From assembly GCA_027051905.1 (NCBI GenBank), contig JALUGO010000017.1, positions 46,554 to 78,553 on the forward strand: 32,000 nt of DNA, read 5' to 3'. Numbering within the stretch: position 1 is the first letter of the stretch; every line of letters begins with the position of its first letter. The notes below the pieces were generated by a model. It worked only from the letters and a program-made list of their open reading frames with translations, searched no databases and had not been told where the DNA came from. The position numbers were made by a program, and so were the translations under genes. Source of the stretch: Desulfurobacteriaceae bacterium (lineage in GTDB: Bacteria; Aquificota; Aquificia; Desulfurobacteriales; Desulfurobacteriaceae). Below are positions 9,789 to 20,074 of this stretch, in pieces.

Positions 9789-12700
9789 CTACTCTCCTAC
9801 TCTCTGCCTTGCGTCAACCTTTGCAAACCTCAGAACGGGCTTCAGCTCACGTATTATTTCCTGATAGTCAACCTCTCCCCTTTCAACCCTGTCCATGAGG
9901 TCTTCGAGCCTTCTTGTAAACTCCTCAGACGTATACTCCAGGAAGTTTTCAGAGAGGTAGCTGTAAATCTCAATCCCGAGTTTCGTTGGGTATAGGAACC
10001 TTCCCTTTTCCACAACGTAGCGTCTGTCAAGGAGCGTTTGAACAATTTTTGCGTAGGTTGACGGCCTTCCTATTCCCCTCTTTCTCATCTCCTCAACCAG
10101 CTCTCCCTGAGTATAAGGGAAAACTTTTGGAACAGTTCTTTTCACAACTGTTTTAACGTCGAAGTAGTAGCTTTCTTCTTCCTTTAGCTCTACCGGGAGT
10201 CTTTCAACTTTTAACGGAAGAACGAGGTTCCAGCCGTCCTTAACTATTTCTGTGACAAGTTCCTCTTCTGTTTTCAGGTCATCTGGAAGTAGTTTAATTT
10301 CAACATCCACCTTTTCTACCTCAACGGGAACCATCTGTGAAGCTATAAACCTTCTAAATATCAGGTCGTAAACCCTGAAATGGTCTTTTGTCATTTTTGC
10401 CGTTGAGCCTGAAACGTAGACGAGGGTTCTTAAAGCATCTACATCTAACGGCCTTGTTGGCCTTATACACTCGTGAGCTCCTCCTTCTCCCCAGGGTCTG
10501 AGCTTTACAAACTCGGGGCCGAACTTCTCCGATATATACTCTCTGGCAACTCCCATTCCTGCCGTTGAGACCCTTGTTGAGTCTGTCCTGTGGTAAGTTA
10601 TGAACCCGCTTTCGAAGAGATCTTGGGCTATTTCCATTGTCCTTTCGGCAGAGAGGTTCAGCTGATCTGAGGCTTCCCTCAGGAGCTCCCCCGTATTAAA
10701 CGGCGGCCTTGGGTTTCTCTCAACAGTCTCCTTTTTCAGAACCTTCAACTTTAGTTTGTCTGCAACTACCCTCTTCAGAGCTTTAACATCTTCAATTTTG
10801 AAAGAGAACTTTCCTGCATCGGTTTCAACAGAAACTACTCCAACCCTCTTCCTACTCTCTTCATACCTCTCTATTATCCACCCCAAAACGGGGGTCTGAA
10901 CCCTTCCTGCAGAGAGCCAGTTTTTCTTAAAAACCTTCCACAGGTGTTGGCTGAGGGAGAAACCAACCCACCGGTCTGCAACCCTCCTTACTATTTGTGC
11001 CTTCACCAGGTTTTCATCTATCTCCCTGGGGTTTTCAAGGGCTTCCATAAATGCCCACTTCGTTACTTCGTGGAACTCCATCCTTCTCATCTTCATCTGG
11101 CAGGGTTTTACCACCGTTCCAACGTCCCAGCCTATCTTCTCTCCCTCTGTGTCGGGGTCGCTTGCTATGTAAACTTCGTCAATTTCCAATCCTAACTCCC
11201 TCAGAGCTTCTACAACGGTTATCTTGTCTACATCTGGCCTGCCCTCACACTTTGAGCAGTAGGGTTCTGTTGTCTGCTCATTACACGCCGTGCAGTATTT
11301 GATTGTGTCGTAAACGGGGATGAACCGGTTTCCTTCTTCTTTTACACCCCATAGGCCATCCCTGACAGTTATGTCAAAGACGTGGCCTTTTGAGGCCGTA
11401 AGGAGGAGCAGTTTGTTCCCTATGTTTATTTCGTAGGCGTCAATGTCGTTAACCCTTCTCCTTACAGGTCTTCCGAAAAAGCCGGCAATTGTTCTTGCTT
11501 TGTTTGGAGATTCAACGACAACAAGAGCCGTTGATACAAGGCTCTTTGTCTCAGCAGATATTTTCCCTTCTAAAATCTCCCAAACCCTTTTTCTGTCTTT
11601 GTCTATAACCTCAAATACCCTCTCTAAGTCTTTTTCTGTTATCAGCTCAAACCCCAACTTCTCGGCAAGCTCTTTTCCCCTGTCCTTATCCAGAACCTTA
11701 AAGCTTACATCCTCAAGGAATATGAGAACCCTTTTCTTCAGGGAGTTAAGGGCTTTCAGGTCGTCTACAAACATGAGGCTTGCGCCTTTTGTCAGTCCTC
11801 CTGCAAACATCCTTGACGTTCTACCGGAGGCCTGAACGTATCCTGCTGCATCCCCAACCACCAGGTAGAGTTCCCCGTTTTTCTCCTTTAGGGAGACCGT
11901 TTCGGATTTCTTTATCTTCTCTAAGAATTCAGGGTCAGAGAGGAATTTCTCGATAAATGCCTTTATCTCCTCTAACTTCTCTTTTATGCGAGGATACCTG
12001 TCTAAGAGCGCCTCCTTCAGCGACAGATACTTTTTCAGGTAGCTGATGTATGAAATGGCCTTTGGCTGCTCTTCGGCCGGGAGGAGTTCCCTCAGAATCA
12101 GCAACATCCCGTAGAGTTTAACAGGCGCCAGAGAGAGCTTTGCGCTGAACTCCATCTTTGGAACGCCGATGAAAATGGCATACCTCACCGCCTGAGGCAG
12201 GTCTATTCCGCGGGCTAACGGGTTTCTGTAGCTGGAGATTCCAACGGCTGCCCAGATATCTCCCTTTACAAACTTCTCCTGGTTTTCCGGGGTAAACTCC
12301 TCGTAGGATACTGCCGGAATACCCTTTTCCTTCAGTTTTTCAACGACAACGTCAACAAACTCTTTTCCCCTGTCTGATGAGACGAAAACAAAAACGCCCT
12401 TTCCGAATTTCTTTATCAGGTTAACCGTTTCCTCTACAAAATCCCTGTCTGTGTAGATGAGAACGTCTTCAACGTTTCTGAGGGCTGTTGCAGACTTTCC
12501 TACTTCAAACCCTAAGAGCTCCCTGAAGAGCTTTACCCTCTTAGACCTGGGTTGAGAAGTTGCCGAAGAGACGACCAGGACGTTCTCAATTTCATTTCTC
12601 CTCTTCTCAAGGTATCTCTCATACTTTCTTAGCTTCTCAAAGAGTTTCCTGTCTGCTTTTTCTCCTTCCCTGGCAAGCCTCGCCTTCAGGTCTATTACTC

Positions 12701-13373
12701 TCTCTGCTAACTTCACATCATCTTCGGTAAATCCTAAAAGCTGTATTACCTTATCAACGTTCTTAGCGCTCTTTAACAGCGAGTCGACGTCGTCAACGAA
12801 AACAAAGTTAAAAGGTTTGGGAATAGTCTCAAAGTTCCTGTATAGGAAGTTCGTTGTTGTTACCAGAATGTCGTAATCTCCGGAAGTTATCTCCTCTTTT
12901 TCCTTCTTTTTCCCGGTATAGGCCACGATTTTCTTGTCTGTAAGTTTTTTTAACCTTTCAACAGTCTGGAGAACCAGGAGTTTTGTCGGAACGAGAACGT
13001 AGACCTTTCCCTTCAGAAAGGCGCTCGTTACCAGCCCCCAGGTTGTTTTACCCACTCCCGTAGGGGCTATCATCGTAAAGGATTTCTTAAGGGCTACCCT
13101 TTTAGCCCACATAACCTGGAGACTCCAGGGGGTAAAACCGGTTTTCTCCCGGAAAAACTCGGTGTATTCCTTAACAAACTCATCTAAACGGCATATCTCT
13201 TCAAACCGATTGAGGTTCCCTGCCTCTTTCAACTCTTCACATATCTCAACCCTTTCCCTGTAGTCTATTTCCTCTGGCAGACACCTTTCACACGGCAGTC
13301 CTTTTTTCAGCCTTTCGTCGGAGATTATTCTGTTGCAGTTTGGGCACATTCTGTGGAACTCGGCAGTTTTCAT
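9789..13373 (-). CDS. rgy: Reverse gyrase (helicase-like domain fused to type IA topoisomerase)
   Basis: N-terminal zinc finger CPNCNRIISDERLKKGLPCERC; helicase motif I APTGVGKT; Toprim VVVESPNKARTIAGFFG; inserted Zn finger CTACNEQTTEPYCSKCEG; catalytic Tyr motif ITYHRTDS. Start placed at ATG 13373, preceded by GAGGTGGAG; the 40-codon upstream extension in the ORF track looks spurious. Confidence 0.95.
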   Translation of the reverse strand: MKTAEFHRMCPNCNRIISDERLKKGLPCERCLPEEIDYRERVEICEELKEAGNLNRFEEICRLDEFVKEYTEFFREKTGFTPWSLQVMWAKRVALKKSFTMIAPTGVGKTTWGLVTSAFLKGKVYVLVPTKLLVLQTVERLKKLTDKKIVAYTGKKKEKEEITSGDYDILVTTTNFLYRNFETIPKPFNFVFVDDVDSLLKSAKNVDKVIQLLGFTEDDVKLAERVIDLKARLAREGEKADRKLFEKLRKYERYLEKRRNEIENVLVVSSATSQPRSKRVKLFRELLGFEVGKSATALRNVEDVLIYTDRDFVEETVNLIKKFGKGVFVFVSSDRGKEFVDVVVEKLKEKGIPAVSYEEFTPENQEKFVKGDIWAAVGISSYRNPLARGIDLPQAVRYAIFIGVPKMEFSAKLSLAPVKLYGMLLILRELLPAEEQPKAISYISYLKKYLSLKEALLDRYPRIKEKLEEIKAFIEKFLSDPEFLEKIKKSETVSLKEKNGELYLVVGDAAGYVQASGRTSRMFAGGLTKGASLMFVDDLKALNSLKKRVLIFLEDVSFKVLDKDRGKELAEKLGFELITEKDLERVFEVIDKDRKRVWEILEGKISAETKSLVSTALVVVESPNKARTIAGFFGRPVRRRVNDIDAYEINIGNKLLLLTASKGHVFDITVRDGLWGVKEEGNRFIPVYDTIKYCTACNEQTTEPYCSKCEGRPDVDKITVVEALRELGLEIDEVYIASDPDTEGEKIGWDVGTVVKPCQMKMRRMEFHEVTKWAFMEALENPREIDENLVKAQIVRRVADRWVGFSLSQHLWKVFKKNWLSAGRVQTPVLGWIIERYEESRKRVGVVSVETDAGKFSFKIEDVKALKRVVADKLKLKVLKKETVERNPRPPFNTGELLREASDQLNLSAERTMEIAQDLFESGFITYHRTDSTRVSTAGMGVAREYISEKFGPEFVKLRPWGEGGAHECIRPTRPLDVDALRTLVYVSGSTAKMTKDHFRVYDLIFRRFIASQMVPVEVEKVDVEIKLLPDDLKTEEELVTEIVKDGWNLVLPLKVERLPVELKEEESYYFDVKTVVKRTVPKVFPYTQGELVEEMRKRGIGRPSTYAKIVQTLLDRRYVVEKGRFLYPTKLGIEIYSYLSENFLEYTSEEFTRRLEDLMDRVERGEVDYQEIIRELKPVLRFAKVDARQRVGE

Positions 13374-13434
13374 CTCCACCTCTTTTTCTGTTAGACTTGG
13401 AATTAGTGTAGCACAAACTCTTTGGAGGAGAGAG

Positions 13435-14559
13435 ATGAGACACCACATGCCTACCAGCGTGGTTTTTGGAAGAAAGGCTATTCTCAGGCTCAAGGAAGAG
13501 ATAGAGACTTTAGGACTGGATACTTCAAAGACTGCAGTTATCTGCGGTTCTTCTGCTGTTTCTCAGGGGTATGTGAAGTCAATAGTTGACCAGATTTCCG
13601 GAGAGACTGCCGTTTTCTGCTCTGTTGAACCAGACCCTACGATAGAGAATGCCCTGAATGTTCTGGAGGAGGTTAGAGACTTCTCTCCGACCCTCATAGT
13701 TGCCGTTGGAGGGGGAAGTCCCTTGGACGTTGCGAAAGCTGTGTCTGTTATGCTTACCAACGAGGGAGAACTCCGCCAATTCATCGGCGTTCCAGAAGCC
13801 TTTAAGAAGCCGGGAGTTCCCCTTGTAGCCGTTCCAACAACTTCCGGTTCGGGCTCTGAGGTGACTCCCTACGCTGTTCTTACCGACAGGGAGAAACTGA
13901 GAAAGGCTCCCCTCATTTCCCGCCACCTCTTTCCCGTTCTTGCGGTTGATGACCCGGAACTTACCGTCTCCATGCCGGGAACTGTAACTGCCAACACCGG
14001 CGTTGACGCTCTGACTCATGCTTTAGAGGCTCTTCTCTCCAAAAGGGCAACGCCAATCAGCAGACTCTACTCTTTAGAGTCCATAAAGCTCATTTTCAAT
14101 TACCTTCCCCGTTCCTTCGGAAACCCCAGGGATCTGCCTGCCAGAGAAAAGGTAATGATGGGAAGTCTCCTTGGAGGTATGGCCATAACCGATGCCGGAG
14201 CCGGTCTTGTCCACACACTTGCCCACGTTTTAGGAGTCCTTTACAGGGTTCCCCACGGCCTTGCCAACGGCATCTTCCTGGTTCCTGTTTTGGAGTTCTA
14301 CGGCCTTGCAGTTAAAGAGCAGTTAGAGGAGGTGGCCGCTCTTTTGGGTATTCCCGGAGGGCACGTTGGTTTCATCGGGGCACTGAGGGAGCTTCTCTCA
14401 TTCCTGGGAATTCCCCAAAAGGCTTCCACCGTTGGTTTAAAGGAGGACGACATAACCCTTTTTGTCTCACTTGTTATGGAGAAGAAGTTTCTGATGGGGA
14501 ACCTTCCCAGAATTCCCACAGAAAGGGACATCAGGGTGCTCCTTGAAACTTTAGTTTAA
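13435..14559 (+). CDS. Iron-containing (group III) alcohol dehydrogenase
   Basis: GGGSPLDVAKA dinucleotide motif and metal-binding His cluster (VHTLAHVLG...PHGLANG). Start at ATG 13435, preceded by GGAGGAG at 13424-13430. Substrate cannot be inferred. Confidence 0.85.
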   Translation: MRHHMPTSVVFGRKAILRLKEEIETLGLDTSKTAVICGSSAVSQGYVKSIVDQISGETAVFCSVEPDPTIENALNVLEEVRDFSPTLIVAVGGGSPLDVAKAVSVMLTNEGELRQFIGVPEAFKKPGVPLVAVPTTSGSGSEVTPYAVLTDREKLRKAPLISRHLFPVLAVDDPELTVSMPGTVTANTGVDALTHALEALLSKRATPISRLYSLESIKLIFNYLPRSFGNPRDLPAREKVMMGSLLGGMAITDAGAGLVHTLAHVLGVLYRVPHGLANGIFLVPVLEFYGLAVKEQLEEVAALLGIPGGHVGFIGALRELLSFLGIPQKASTVGLKEDDITLFVSLVMEKKFLMGNLPRIPTERDIRVLLETLV

Positions 14560-14687
14560 AACTTCAGGCTAAAACCTTGAGTTAAAACTTTTGGGTCTTG
14601 AAAGCCTTGGGCTGCATGGTTTATTCTTGGTCGTGAAAAAGGAAGAACTAAACTGACGGCTGAGTGGGGCCAGGGGAGGGTTGAGGG

Positions 14688-15494
14688 TTAAAGGGTTATA
14701 AAAGGGAGTCTCTGCCTCAGGCAGAGCTCCCCTATCCTCTCTGGAGTGACAACAAACGTTTTACCACCTTCAATGGCTATTCCCTTTCCTCCAAGGCGTT
14801 TCACAAGCTCAACGGTCTTTTCCCCTACTGTTGGAACGTCTATCCTCATATCCTGATGGGGTCTTGCGGCTTTACACACAACAAACCCGCCGGAAGAGAG
14901 TTCCGCTCCCCTCTCTATACACCTATCTGTCCCCTCTACCCCTTCTACTGCAACAACCGTTCCCTTCTTAACCACAACCGTCTGACCTATGTCCATTGCC
15001 GCTATCTTCCTGGCAACCTCCATTCCAAATTTCATGTCCTTTAGGGTTTCTTCATCGGGCTTTGGACCTAAGACCGTTCCCGGGGGAATCAGGAGATGCT
15101 TTAAGAACTCTTCAGGAGAGATTACCTCCACCCCTGCCTTTTCAATTTCGCCGAATACGCCTTTTATCAGTGATTCTGGTTTAAAGTCCTTTAGACTCAT
15201 AAGGAACTTGACTGCTGTTAAATCCAGGTTTTTGAGCTTTAGGGCTTCGCTGTGTTCTATCTTTCCTAAAACGGCTATTCTCTTTAGCTTTCTCTTTTTC
15301 AGCTCCTTCAGGAATTTTCCTAACTTCAGGGGTTTTATCCAGACCACTTCGTCTGAAAGCTCCTCTACTCTTTTCTCTGTTATTCCCGATACTGCAAAGG
15401 TTGTTGTTCTTATTCCTTTTTCTCTTGCAGATTTCAGGAATTCCAGGGGGAGCTCCCCTCCACCGGCAAGGAGCCCTACTCTACTTTCCTGCAT
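14688..15494 (-). CDS. lpxI: UDP-2,3-diacylglucosamine hydrolase LpxI (DUF1009 family)
   Basis: N-terminus VGLLAGGGELPLEF and overall length (268 aa) fit the LpxI/DUF1009 family. Confidence 0.7.
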   Translation of the reverse strand: MQESRVGLLAGGGELPLEFLKSAREKGIRTTTFAVSGITEKRVEELSDEVVWIKPLKLGKFLKELKKRKLKRIAVLGKIEHSEALKLKNLDLTAVKFLMSLKDFKPESLIKGVFGEIEKAGVEVISPEEFLKHLLIPPGTVLGPKPDEETLKDMKFGMEVARKIAAMDIGQTVVVKKGTVVAVEGVEGTDRCIERGAELSSGGFVVCKAARPHQDMRIDVPTVGEKTVELVKRLGGKGIAIEGGKTFVVTPERIGELCLRQRLPFITL

Positions 15495-15924
15495 CCTGCT
15501 TCACTTTGTCTAAAATGGCGTTTATAAATTTGTAAGACTTTTCTTCCTCTCCATATTCCTTTGCAAGCTCAACCGCGTCGTTGATAACCGCTTCAGGAGG
15601 GGAAATCTCCTCTTTCAGAAGCTCGTAGGTTGCTACCCTCAGTATAGATCTGTCCATCGGTAGAAGTCTGTCTATTACCCATCCCTTTTTCAGATGTCTG
15701 GCTATTGTTGAGTCAACTTCAAATAGGTTTCTGTAAGTTTCCTTTACCAGCCGCTCGGCCAGCTCCTTTACTTCGGGCTTCTCCTTCCCTCTTTCCTCCT
15801 CAAGTTCTTCCCAATAGGTTTCTGCAACCTCTTCAGGGGAGAAACCGGAAACGTCCACCTGGTATGCAATCAGGTATGCGTGCTCCCTTGCCCTCTTCTT
15901 CTCAGGGTTTGAGAGGTTCCCCAT
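15481..15924 (-). CDS. nusB: Transcription antitermination factor NusB
   Basis: 147 aa all-helical protein with NusB-like segments (AREHAYLIAYQ, INDAVELAKEYG, FINAILDKV). Classic ribH-nusB adjacency with a TAATG overlap. Confidence 0.88.
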   Translation of the reverse strand: MGNLSNPEKKRAREHAYLIAYQVDVSGFSPEEVAETYWEELEEERGKEKPEVKELAERLVKETYRNLFEVDSTIARHLKKGWVIDRLLPMDRSILRVATYELLKEEISPPEAVINDAVELAKEYGEEEKSYKFINAILDKVKQDAGK

Positions 15925-16391
15925 TACTCCTCCACCTCTTTAAGCAGATTTACCATTTCAATTGCCGTAAGGGCAGCCTCCCAACCCTTGTTGCCGGCCT
16001 TTGTTCCAGCCCTGTCTATTGCCTGCTCAACGGTATCTGTGGTTAGAACGCCAAAGACAACGGGTTTTTCCGTTTCAAGGGAGACGGCAGCTATTCCCTT
16101 GCTTACCTCTGCTGCAACGTAGTCGAAGTGGGGAGTTTCTCCCCTTATCACGGCTCCAAGGGCTATTACGGCGTCGCAGGAGTTTCTCTTTGCTAACTTC
16201 TTTGCGATGAGAGGTATCTCAAAAGAACCGGGAGTCCAGACTATCTCAATGTCCTCTTCCCGGCAGCCGTGTCTTTTTAAGCAGTCGAGGGCTCCCTCTA
16301 AGAGCCTTTCGGTTATAAAGGAGTTGAACCTGCTTACAACTATAGCAAACCTGAAACCTTCTGCCCACAGTTTACCTTCAACCACTCTCAT
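15924..16391 (-). CDS. ribH: 6,7-dimethyl-8-ribityllumazine synthase
   Basis: [28 protein letters not shown]-like [25 protein letters not shown] motifs. Confidence 0.93.
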   Translation of the reverse strand: MRVVEGKLWAEGFRFAIVVSRFNSFITERLLEGALDCLKRHGCREEDIEIVWTPGSFEIPLIAKKLAKRNSCDAVIALGAVIRGETPHFDYVAAEVSKGIAAVSLETEKPVVFGVLTTDTVEQAIDRAGTKAGNKGWEAALTAIEMVNLLKEVEE

Positions 16392-16401
16392 GGCACTCTC
16401 C

Positions 16402-17352
16402 TTAACAATTGAAGAAACGGCCGCAAAGGTTCTTTAGCGTCTTTTCAGCTCCTTCCATTATGTCTTTAACTATCTCCTCTGCCGTCTCCTCTTTGTTAAC
16501 GTAACCGACTACCTGACCTGCCATTACAGAGCCCCAGTCAACGTCTCCTTTTTCGGCGGCAAGCCTCAGCCTACCCCTTCCAAGTTCCTCAAGTTCCTCT
16601 TTGGGAGCTCCAGAAAACTCAAGCTCCGCAAACTTCCTCGTTAGCTTATTCTCCAGGAGCCTTACAGGATGGCCTGTCGTTATTCCCGTAACCGTAACCT
16701 GGTTGAACCTCGCTTTGAGAATTTTCTCTTTATACTTCGGATGGACGTTACACTCCTTTGCAGCTAAAAACCTTGTTCCAACCTGAACTCCTTCAGCTCC
16801 CAGTGCAAAAGCAGCAGCTGCCTGTTCTCCGAGGGCTATTCCCCCTGCAGCTATAACCGGAATGTTTACAGCCCTTACTATCGATGGAATGAGAACCATT
16901 GTTGTCAGCTTTCCTATGTGGCCTCCGGCCTCCATACCTTCGGCTATTACTGCGTCCACTCCAATTCTTTCCATCCTCTTTGCAAGGGCATCGCTGGCAA
17001 CAACAGGAATTACCTTTATCCCCTTCTCCTTAAAGGCCGGTATATACTTTCCAGGGTTTCCCGCTCCCGTTGTAACGACGGGAACCTCTTCCTCCAGGCA
17101 TACCTGAATAATCTCTTCAGCATTGGGCATCATCAGCATTATGTTGACGCCGAATGGCTTATCTGTAAGCTCTTTACACTTCCTTATCTCCTGACGGAGT
17201 TCCTCTGCGCTCCTGCTTCCTCCGGCTATTATTCCAAGTCCTCCGGCGTTAGAAACCGCCGCAGCCAGCTGGGCGTCTGCTATCCAGGCCATTCCCCCCT
17301 GCAGGATAGGATACTCGATTCCCAGTATCTTGCAAACTCTGGTCTTTAACAT
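16402..17352 (-). CDS. fabK: Enoyl-ACP reductase FabK (FMN-dependent, nitronate monooxygenase fold)
   Basis: N-terminus [37 protein letters not shown] closely matches the FabK signature. Located in the plsX-fabH operon. Confidence 0.85.
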   Translation of the reverse strand: MLKTRVCKILGIEYPILQGGMAWIADAQLAAAVSNAGGLGIIAGGSRSAEELRQEIRKCKELTDKPFGVNIMLMMPNAEEIIQVCLEEEVPVVTTGAGNPGKYIPAFKEKGIKVIPVVASDALAKRMERIGVDAVIAEGMEAGGHIGKLTTMVLIPSIVRAVNIPVIAAGGIALGEQAAAAFALGAEGVQVGTRFLAAKECNVHPKYKEKILKARFNQVTVTGITTGHPVRLLENKLTRKFAELEFSGAPKEELEELGRGRLRLAAEKGDVDWGSVMAGQVVGYVNKEETAEEIVKDIMEGAEKTLKNLCGRFFNC

Positions 17353-17370
17353 TCTCCCTCCGCTTTCCTT

Positions 17371-18315
17371 TTATATCTCAACTATACAGGAACCCCAGGT
17401 AAACCCTCCTCCAAAGGCAATCATAAGCACCTTATCGCCCTTTTTAACCCTTCCGTTCCTTACCGCTTCGTCTAAGGCTATCGGTATGGAGGCGGCACTT
17501 GTATTGCCGTATCTATCAAGGTTAATGTAAACTTTCTCTTCCGGTATCTTTAACCTCTCTGCAACTGCCTTTATTATTCTAACGTTTGCCTGATGGGGAA
17601 CTAAGAGGGCTATTTCGTCGGGGGAAATTCCGGTTCTGTTTAAAACCCTCTGTGCCGATTCAACCATCGTTCTTACGGCTACTTTAAATACCTCGTTTCC
17701 TTTCATCCTCAGGTAGTGGGGAGGTTCTTCGTTGGAGCCAACGGACGGAGCCGTGAGGAGCTCCCCATAAGACCCATCAGCTCCTAGATCAAATCCAAGA
17801 ATTCCCTCTTCGTCGCTCTGTTCAATCAGAACCGCACCTGCTCCGTCTCCGAAGAGTATGCAGGTTGTCCTGTCCTGCCAGTTGAGTATCTTTGAAAACC
17901 TTTCAGCTCCTATGAGTAGAGCCTTTTTTATTCCCTTGCTCCTCATTATTGAGTCAACCGTGTAGAGGCCGTATATGAACCCCGTGCAGGCGGCGGAGAT
18001 GTCAAAGGCTACAGCTCTTCTGTTCTCTATCTTTGCCTGAACTTTACAGGCTGTTGACGGAAAAAAAGCGTCGGGAGTTGCAGTTGCAACAACTATGAGC
18101 TCTATCTCTTCCGGATCTACTTTTCCCTCAAGGGCTTTCAGGGCGGCCTCAACGGCCATATCCGAGGTTGTTTCCCCTTCGCTTATCCGCCTCTCTTTTA
18201 TTCCTGTTCTCGTCGTTATCCACTGGTCAGAGGTATCGACCATTTTTTCAAGGTCAAAGTTTGTGAGAACTCTATCGGGAACGTAGGAGCCTGTGGAGAC
18301 AATTTTTACACCCAT
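17371..18315 (-). CDS. fabH: 3-oxoacyl-ACP synthase III
   Basis: Active-site Cys context AACTGFIYGL, HQANVRII, GNTSAASIPIAL. Confidence 0.95.
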   Translation of the reverse strand: MGVKIVSTGSYVPDRVLTNFDLEKMVDTSDQWITTRTGIKERRISEGETTSDMAVEAALKALEGKVDPEEIELIVVATATPDAFFPSTACKVQAKIENRRAVAFDISAACTGFIYGLYTVDSIMRSKGIKKALLIGAERFSKILNWQDRTTCILFGDGAGAVLIEQSDEEGILGFDLGADGSYGELLTAPSVGSNEEPPHYLRMKGNEVFKVAVRTMVESAQRVLNRTGISPDEIALLVPHQANVRIIKAVAERLKIPEEKVYINLDRYGNTSAASIPIALDEAVRNGRVKKGDKVLMIAFGGGFTWGSCIVEI

Positions 18316-19320
18316 TTACCTACCCGAAAACTTTTCTATGTCTTCCTCTATGTGGCTGTTGAGCTCCGACTCCACAAACTGTGTAGCCGTTCTAATGGCG
18401 TTCTTTATGGCTTTGGCGTTGGAGCTCCCGTGGGAAATTATAACAGGAGCTTTTATGCCAAGGAGGGGAGCTCCACCCCACTCAGCGTAATCTATCCTCT
18501 TCTTGAATCCCTTTATGGCCGGTTTCAGAGTTATTGCCCCTATCCTTGAGATAAAGTGTTTCTCAATTTCCTCCTTCAGAATTTTCGCAAGTATTTTTGC
18601 AAGGCTTTCACTAAGTTTCAGTGCAACGTTTCCAACGAAACCATCACACACAATAACGTCAAACTTTCCAGAGAAGATGTCCCTTCCCTCAGCGTTTCCC
18701 GTAAAGTTCAGTCCTTTTTCTTTTGCCTTTTTTAAGAGCCTGAAAGCCTCTTTTGTGAGCTCGTTTCCTTTCCCCTCTTCCTCTCCTATGTTGAGGAGCC
18801 CTACCTTTGGGTTTTCATCCTTCAGAACGTAGCGGGCGTAGGCACTTCCCATTACCGCAAACTGGAGGAGATGCTGAGGTTTACAGTCAACGTTTGCTCC
18901 AACGTCTAAAAAGAACGTATGTCCCTTCAGGTTGGGAAGGATTGTTGAGATGGCTGGCCTTTCAACTCCCTTTAACCTGCCCACTGTAAAGAGGGCAATT
19001 GCCATTACTGCCCCTGTGTTACCTGCACTGACAAAGGCGTCGGCCTTCCCTTCTTTAACCAGTTTCAGTCCAACGTGGATGGAAGAGTTTTTCCTCTTCA
19101 AGGCTTTTGCCGGCTGTTCGTCCATGGGAACGGCATCGCCAGCGTGGACTACCTCTATCAGCTCTCGGGGGTAGGAAAGTTTGGAGAGCTCCTTTTCTAT
19201 GAGCCCTTTATCACCAACTAAAACTACTTTAGTTCCAAACTCTTTGGCCGCTTGAACTGCTCCAACAACGGGAGTATGGGGAGCGAAGTCGCCCCCCATA
19301 GCGTCAAGGACGACCCTCAT
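18316..19320 (-). CDS. plsX: Phosphate acyltransferase PlsX
   Basis: N-terminus VVLDAMGGDFAP, and GFVGNVALK motif. rpmF-plsX-fabH synteny. Confidence 0.95.
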   Translation of the reverse strand: MRVVLDAMGGDFAPHTPVVGAVQAAKEFGTKVVLVGDKGLIEKELSKLSYPRELIEVVHAGDAVPMDEQPAKALKRKNSSIHVGLKLVKEGKADAFVSAGNTGAVMAIALFTVGRLKGVERPAISTILPNLKGHTFFLDVGANVDCKPQHLLQFAVMGSAYARYVLKDENPKVGLLNIGEEEGKGNELTKEAFRLLKKAKEKGLNFTGNAEGRDIFSGKFDVIVCDGFVGNVALKLSESLAKILAKILKEEIEKHFISRIGAITLKPAIKGFKKRIDYAEWGGAPLLGIKAPVIISHGSSNAKAIKNAIRTATQFVESELNSHIEEDIEKFSGR

Positions 19321-19500
19321 CTACTCTTCAACCTCTACAACTGTCCTTCCGTTGTAGTATCCACAGTGTTTGCACACCCTGTGGGGGAGTTTGGGTTGAA
19401 GACAGTTGGGGCAGACAGAGATGGCAGGATTCTTGGCCTTCCAGTGTGTTCTCCTCTTATCCCTTCTTGTCCTGGAAACCTTCCTCTTTGGAACAGCCAT
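19321..19500 (-). CDS. rpmF: 50S ribosomal protein L32
   Basis: Absent from the ORF track (59 aa). My translation of the minus strand is [59 protein letters not shown]: canonical MAVPKRK start and CxxC...CxxC knuckle. AAGGAG RBS upstream; its stop codon abuts the plsX ATG. Confidence 0.95.
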   Translation of the reverse strand: MAVPKRKVSRTRRDKRRTHWKAKNPAISVCPNCLQPKLPHRVCKHCGYYNGRTVVEVEE

Positions 19501-19504
19501 ACCT

Positions 19505-20014
19505 CTACTCCTTTTTCAGTTTATTTTGAAGTTTTCTGAGTTTCTCCCAGCGTTTATCTATCTCCTTTCCTTCTTCCTCTTCCCACTCTCTGTAGTGGAC
19601 TTCCTCGCACTCCTCACTGCACAAAGGCTTTACCGGCAGGTTCAGTAGAACCTGTTCCTCTGCAACCTCTGCAAGGTCAAGGACGGTTTCGTCGGAGAAT
19701 TTTATATCAAGGTCGCTTCCCTTAATCTCCCCGCCGGTAATTTCGGAAGTGGGCATCAGTTTGTAGTCAAAATCCTGCTCCACCCTATGGGAGAACTTTT
19801 TCATACACCTGCTGCACGTTAGCTCAACCTCTCCGCTTACGTGTCCCTTAATCTGATAACCTACAGGCTTTTTCTGTATCTCAACTTCCATTTTAAACGG
19901 AGAGGCTTTGCTAATTTCCTCTTCCGGTAGTTTCATTACAGAGGGTTGAATCTCCGTTTTAACCTTTAACGGCTCCTTAGCCGTTATCTCACTGAGGTTT
20001 ACTTTCCTCTTCAT
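19505..20014 (-). CDS. yceD: YceD/DUF177 family protein (large-subunit ribosomal RNA accumulation protein)
   Basis: Conserved position directly upstream of rpmF; acidic ~170 aa protein with Cys pairs (CSRC...CSEEC) as in DUF177. Confidence 0.75.
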   Translation of the reverse strand: MKRKVNLSEITAKEPLKVKTEIQPSVMKLPEEEISKASPFKMEVEIQKKPVGYQIKGHVSGEVELTCSRCMKKFSHRVEQDFDYKLMPTSEITGGEIKGSDLDIKFSDETVLDLAEVAEEQVLLNLPVKPLCSEECEEVHYREWEEEEGKEIDKRWEKLRKLQNKLKKE

Positions 20015-20074
20015 GGCTTCACCTGAAAAGGGTTAAGAAAATTCGGCTCATAAAATTATGCTTAAAGACTATCT

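Noticed and set aside
13333-13493. Mutually overlapping N-terminal extensions of the reverse gyrase ORF (to 13493) and the alcohol dehydrogenase ORF (from 13333).
   Set aside because: Both extensions lack family-like sequence. Strong RBS-plus-ATG combinations exist at 13373 (minus strand) and 13435 (plus strand), and these leave a sensible 61-bp divergent promoter region.
14560-14687. tRNA, small RNA or small ORF in the 128-bp convergent gap, and likewise in the 118-bp gap at 20015-20132.
   Set aside because: No cloverleaf-compatible arms or T-loop GTTCGAATC-like box. The only ORF is a trivial 6-codon one. Apart from the G-run reported above, nothing is supported.
14989-15513. 174-aa plus-strand ORF, one of many ORFs of 60-146 aa lying opposite annotated genes. 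Other examples: 193-429, 853-1179, 1402-1761, 4310-4579, 8734-9063, 11443-11835, 13579-14019, 16918-17349, 18503-18832, 23106-23444, 24309-24710, 26976-27254, 27493-27774.
   Set aside because: Each lies antisense to a gene with strong family motifs. They have low-complexity Ser/Pro/Leu/Phe-rich translations, no RBS, and are explained as shadow ORFs of the real frame.
16392-16401. Possible FMN riboswitch in front of ribH.
   Set aside because: Only 10 nt separate ribH from the upstream fabK stop, which leaves no room for an aptamer. ribH appears to be transcribed as part of the fab operon.
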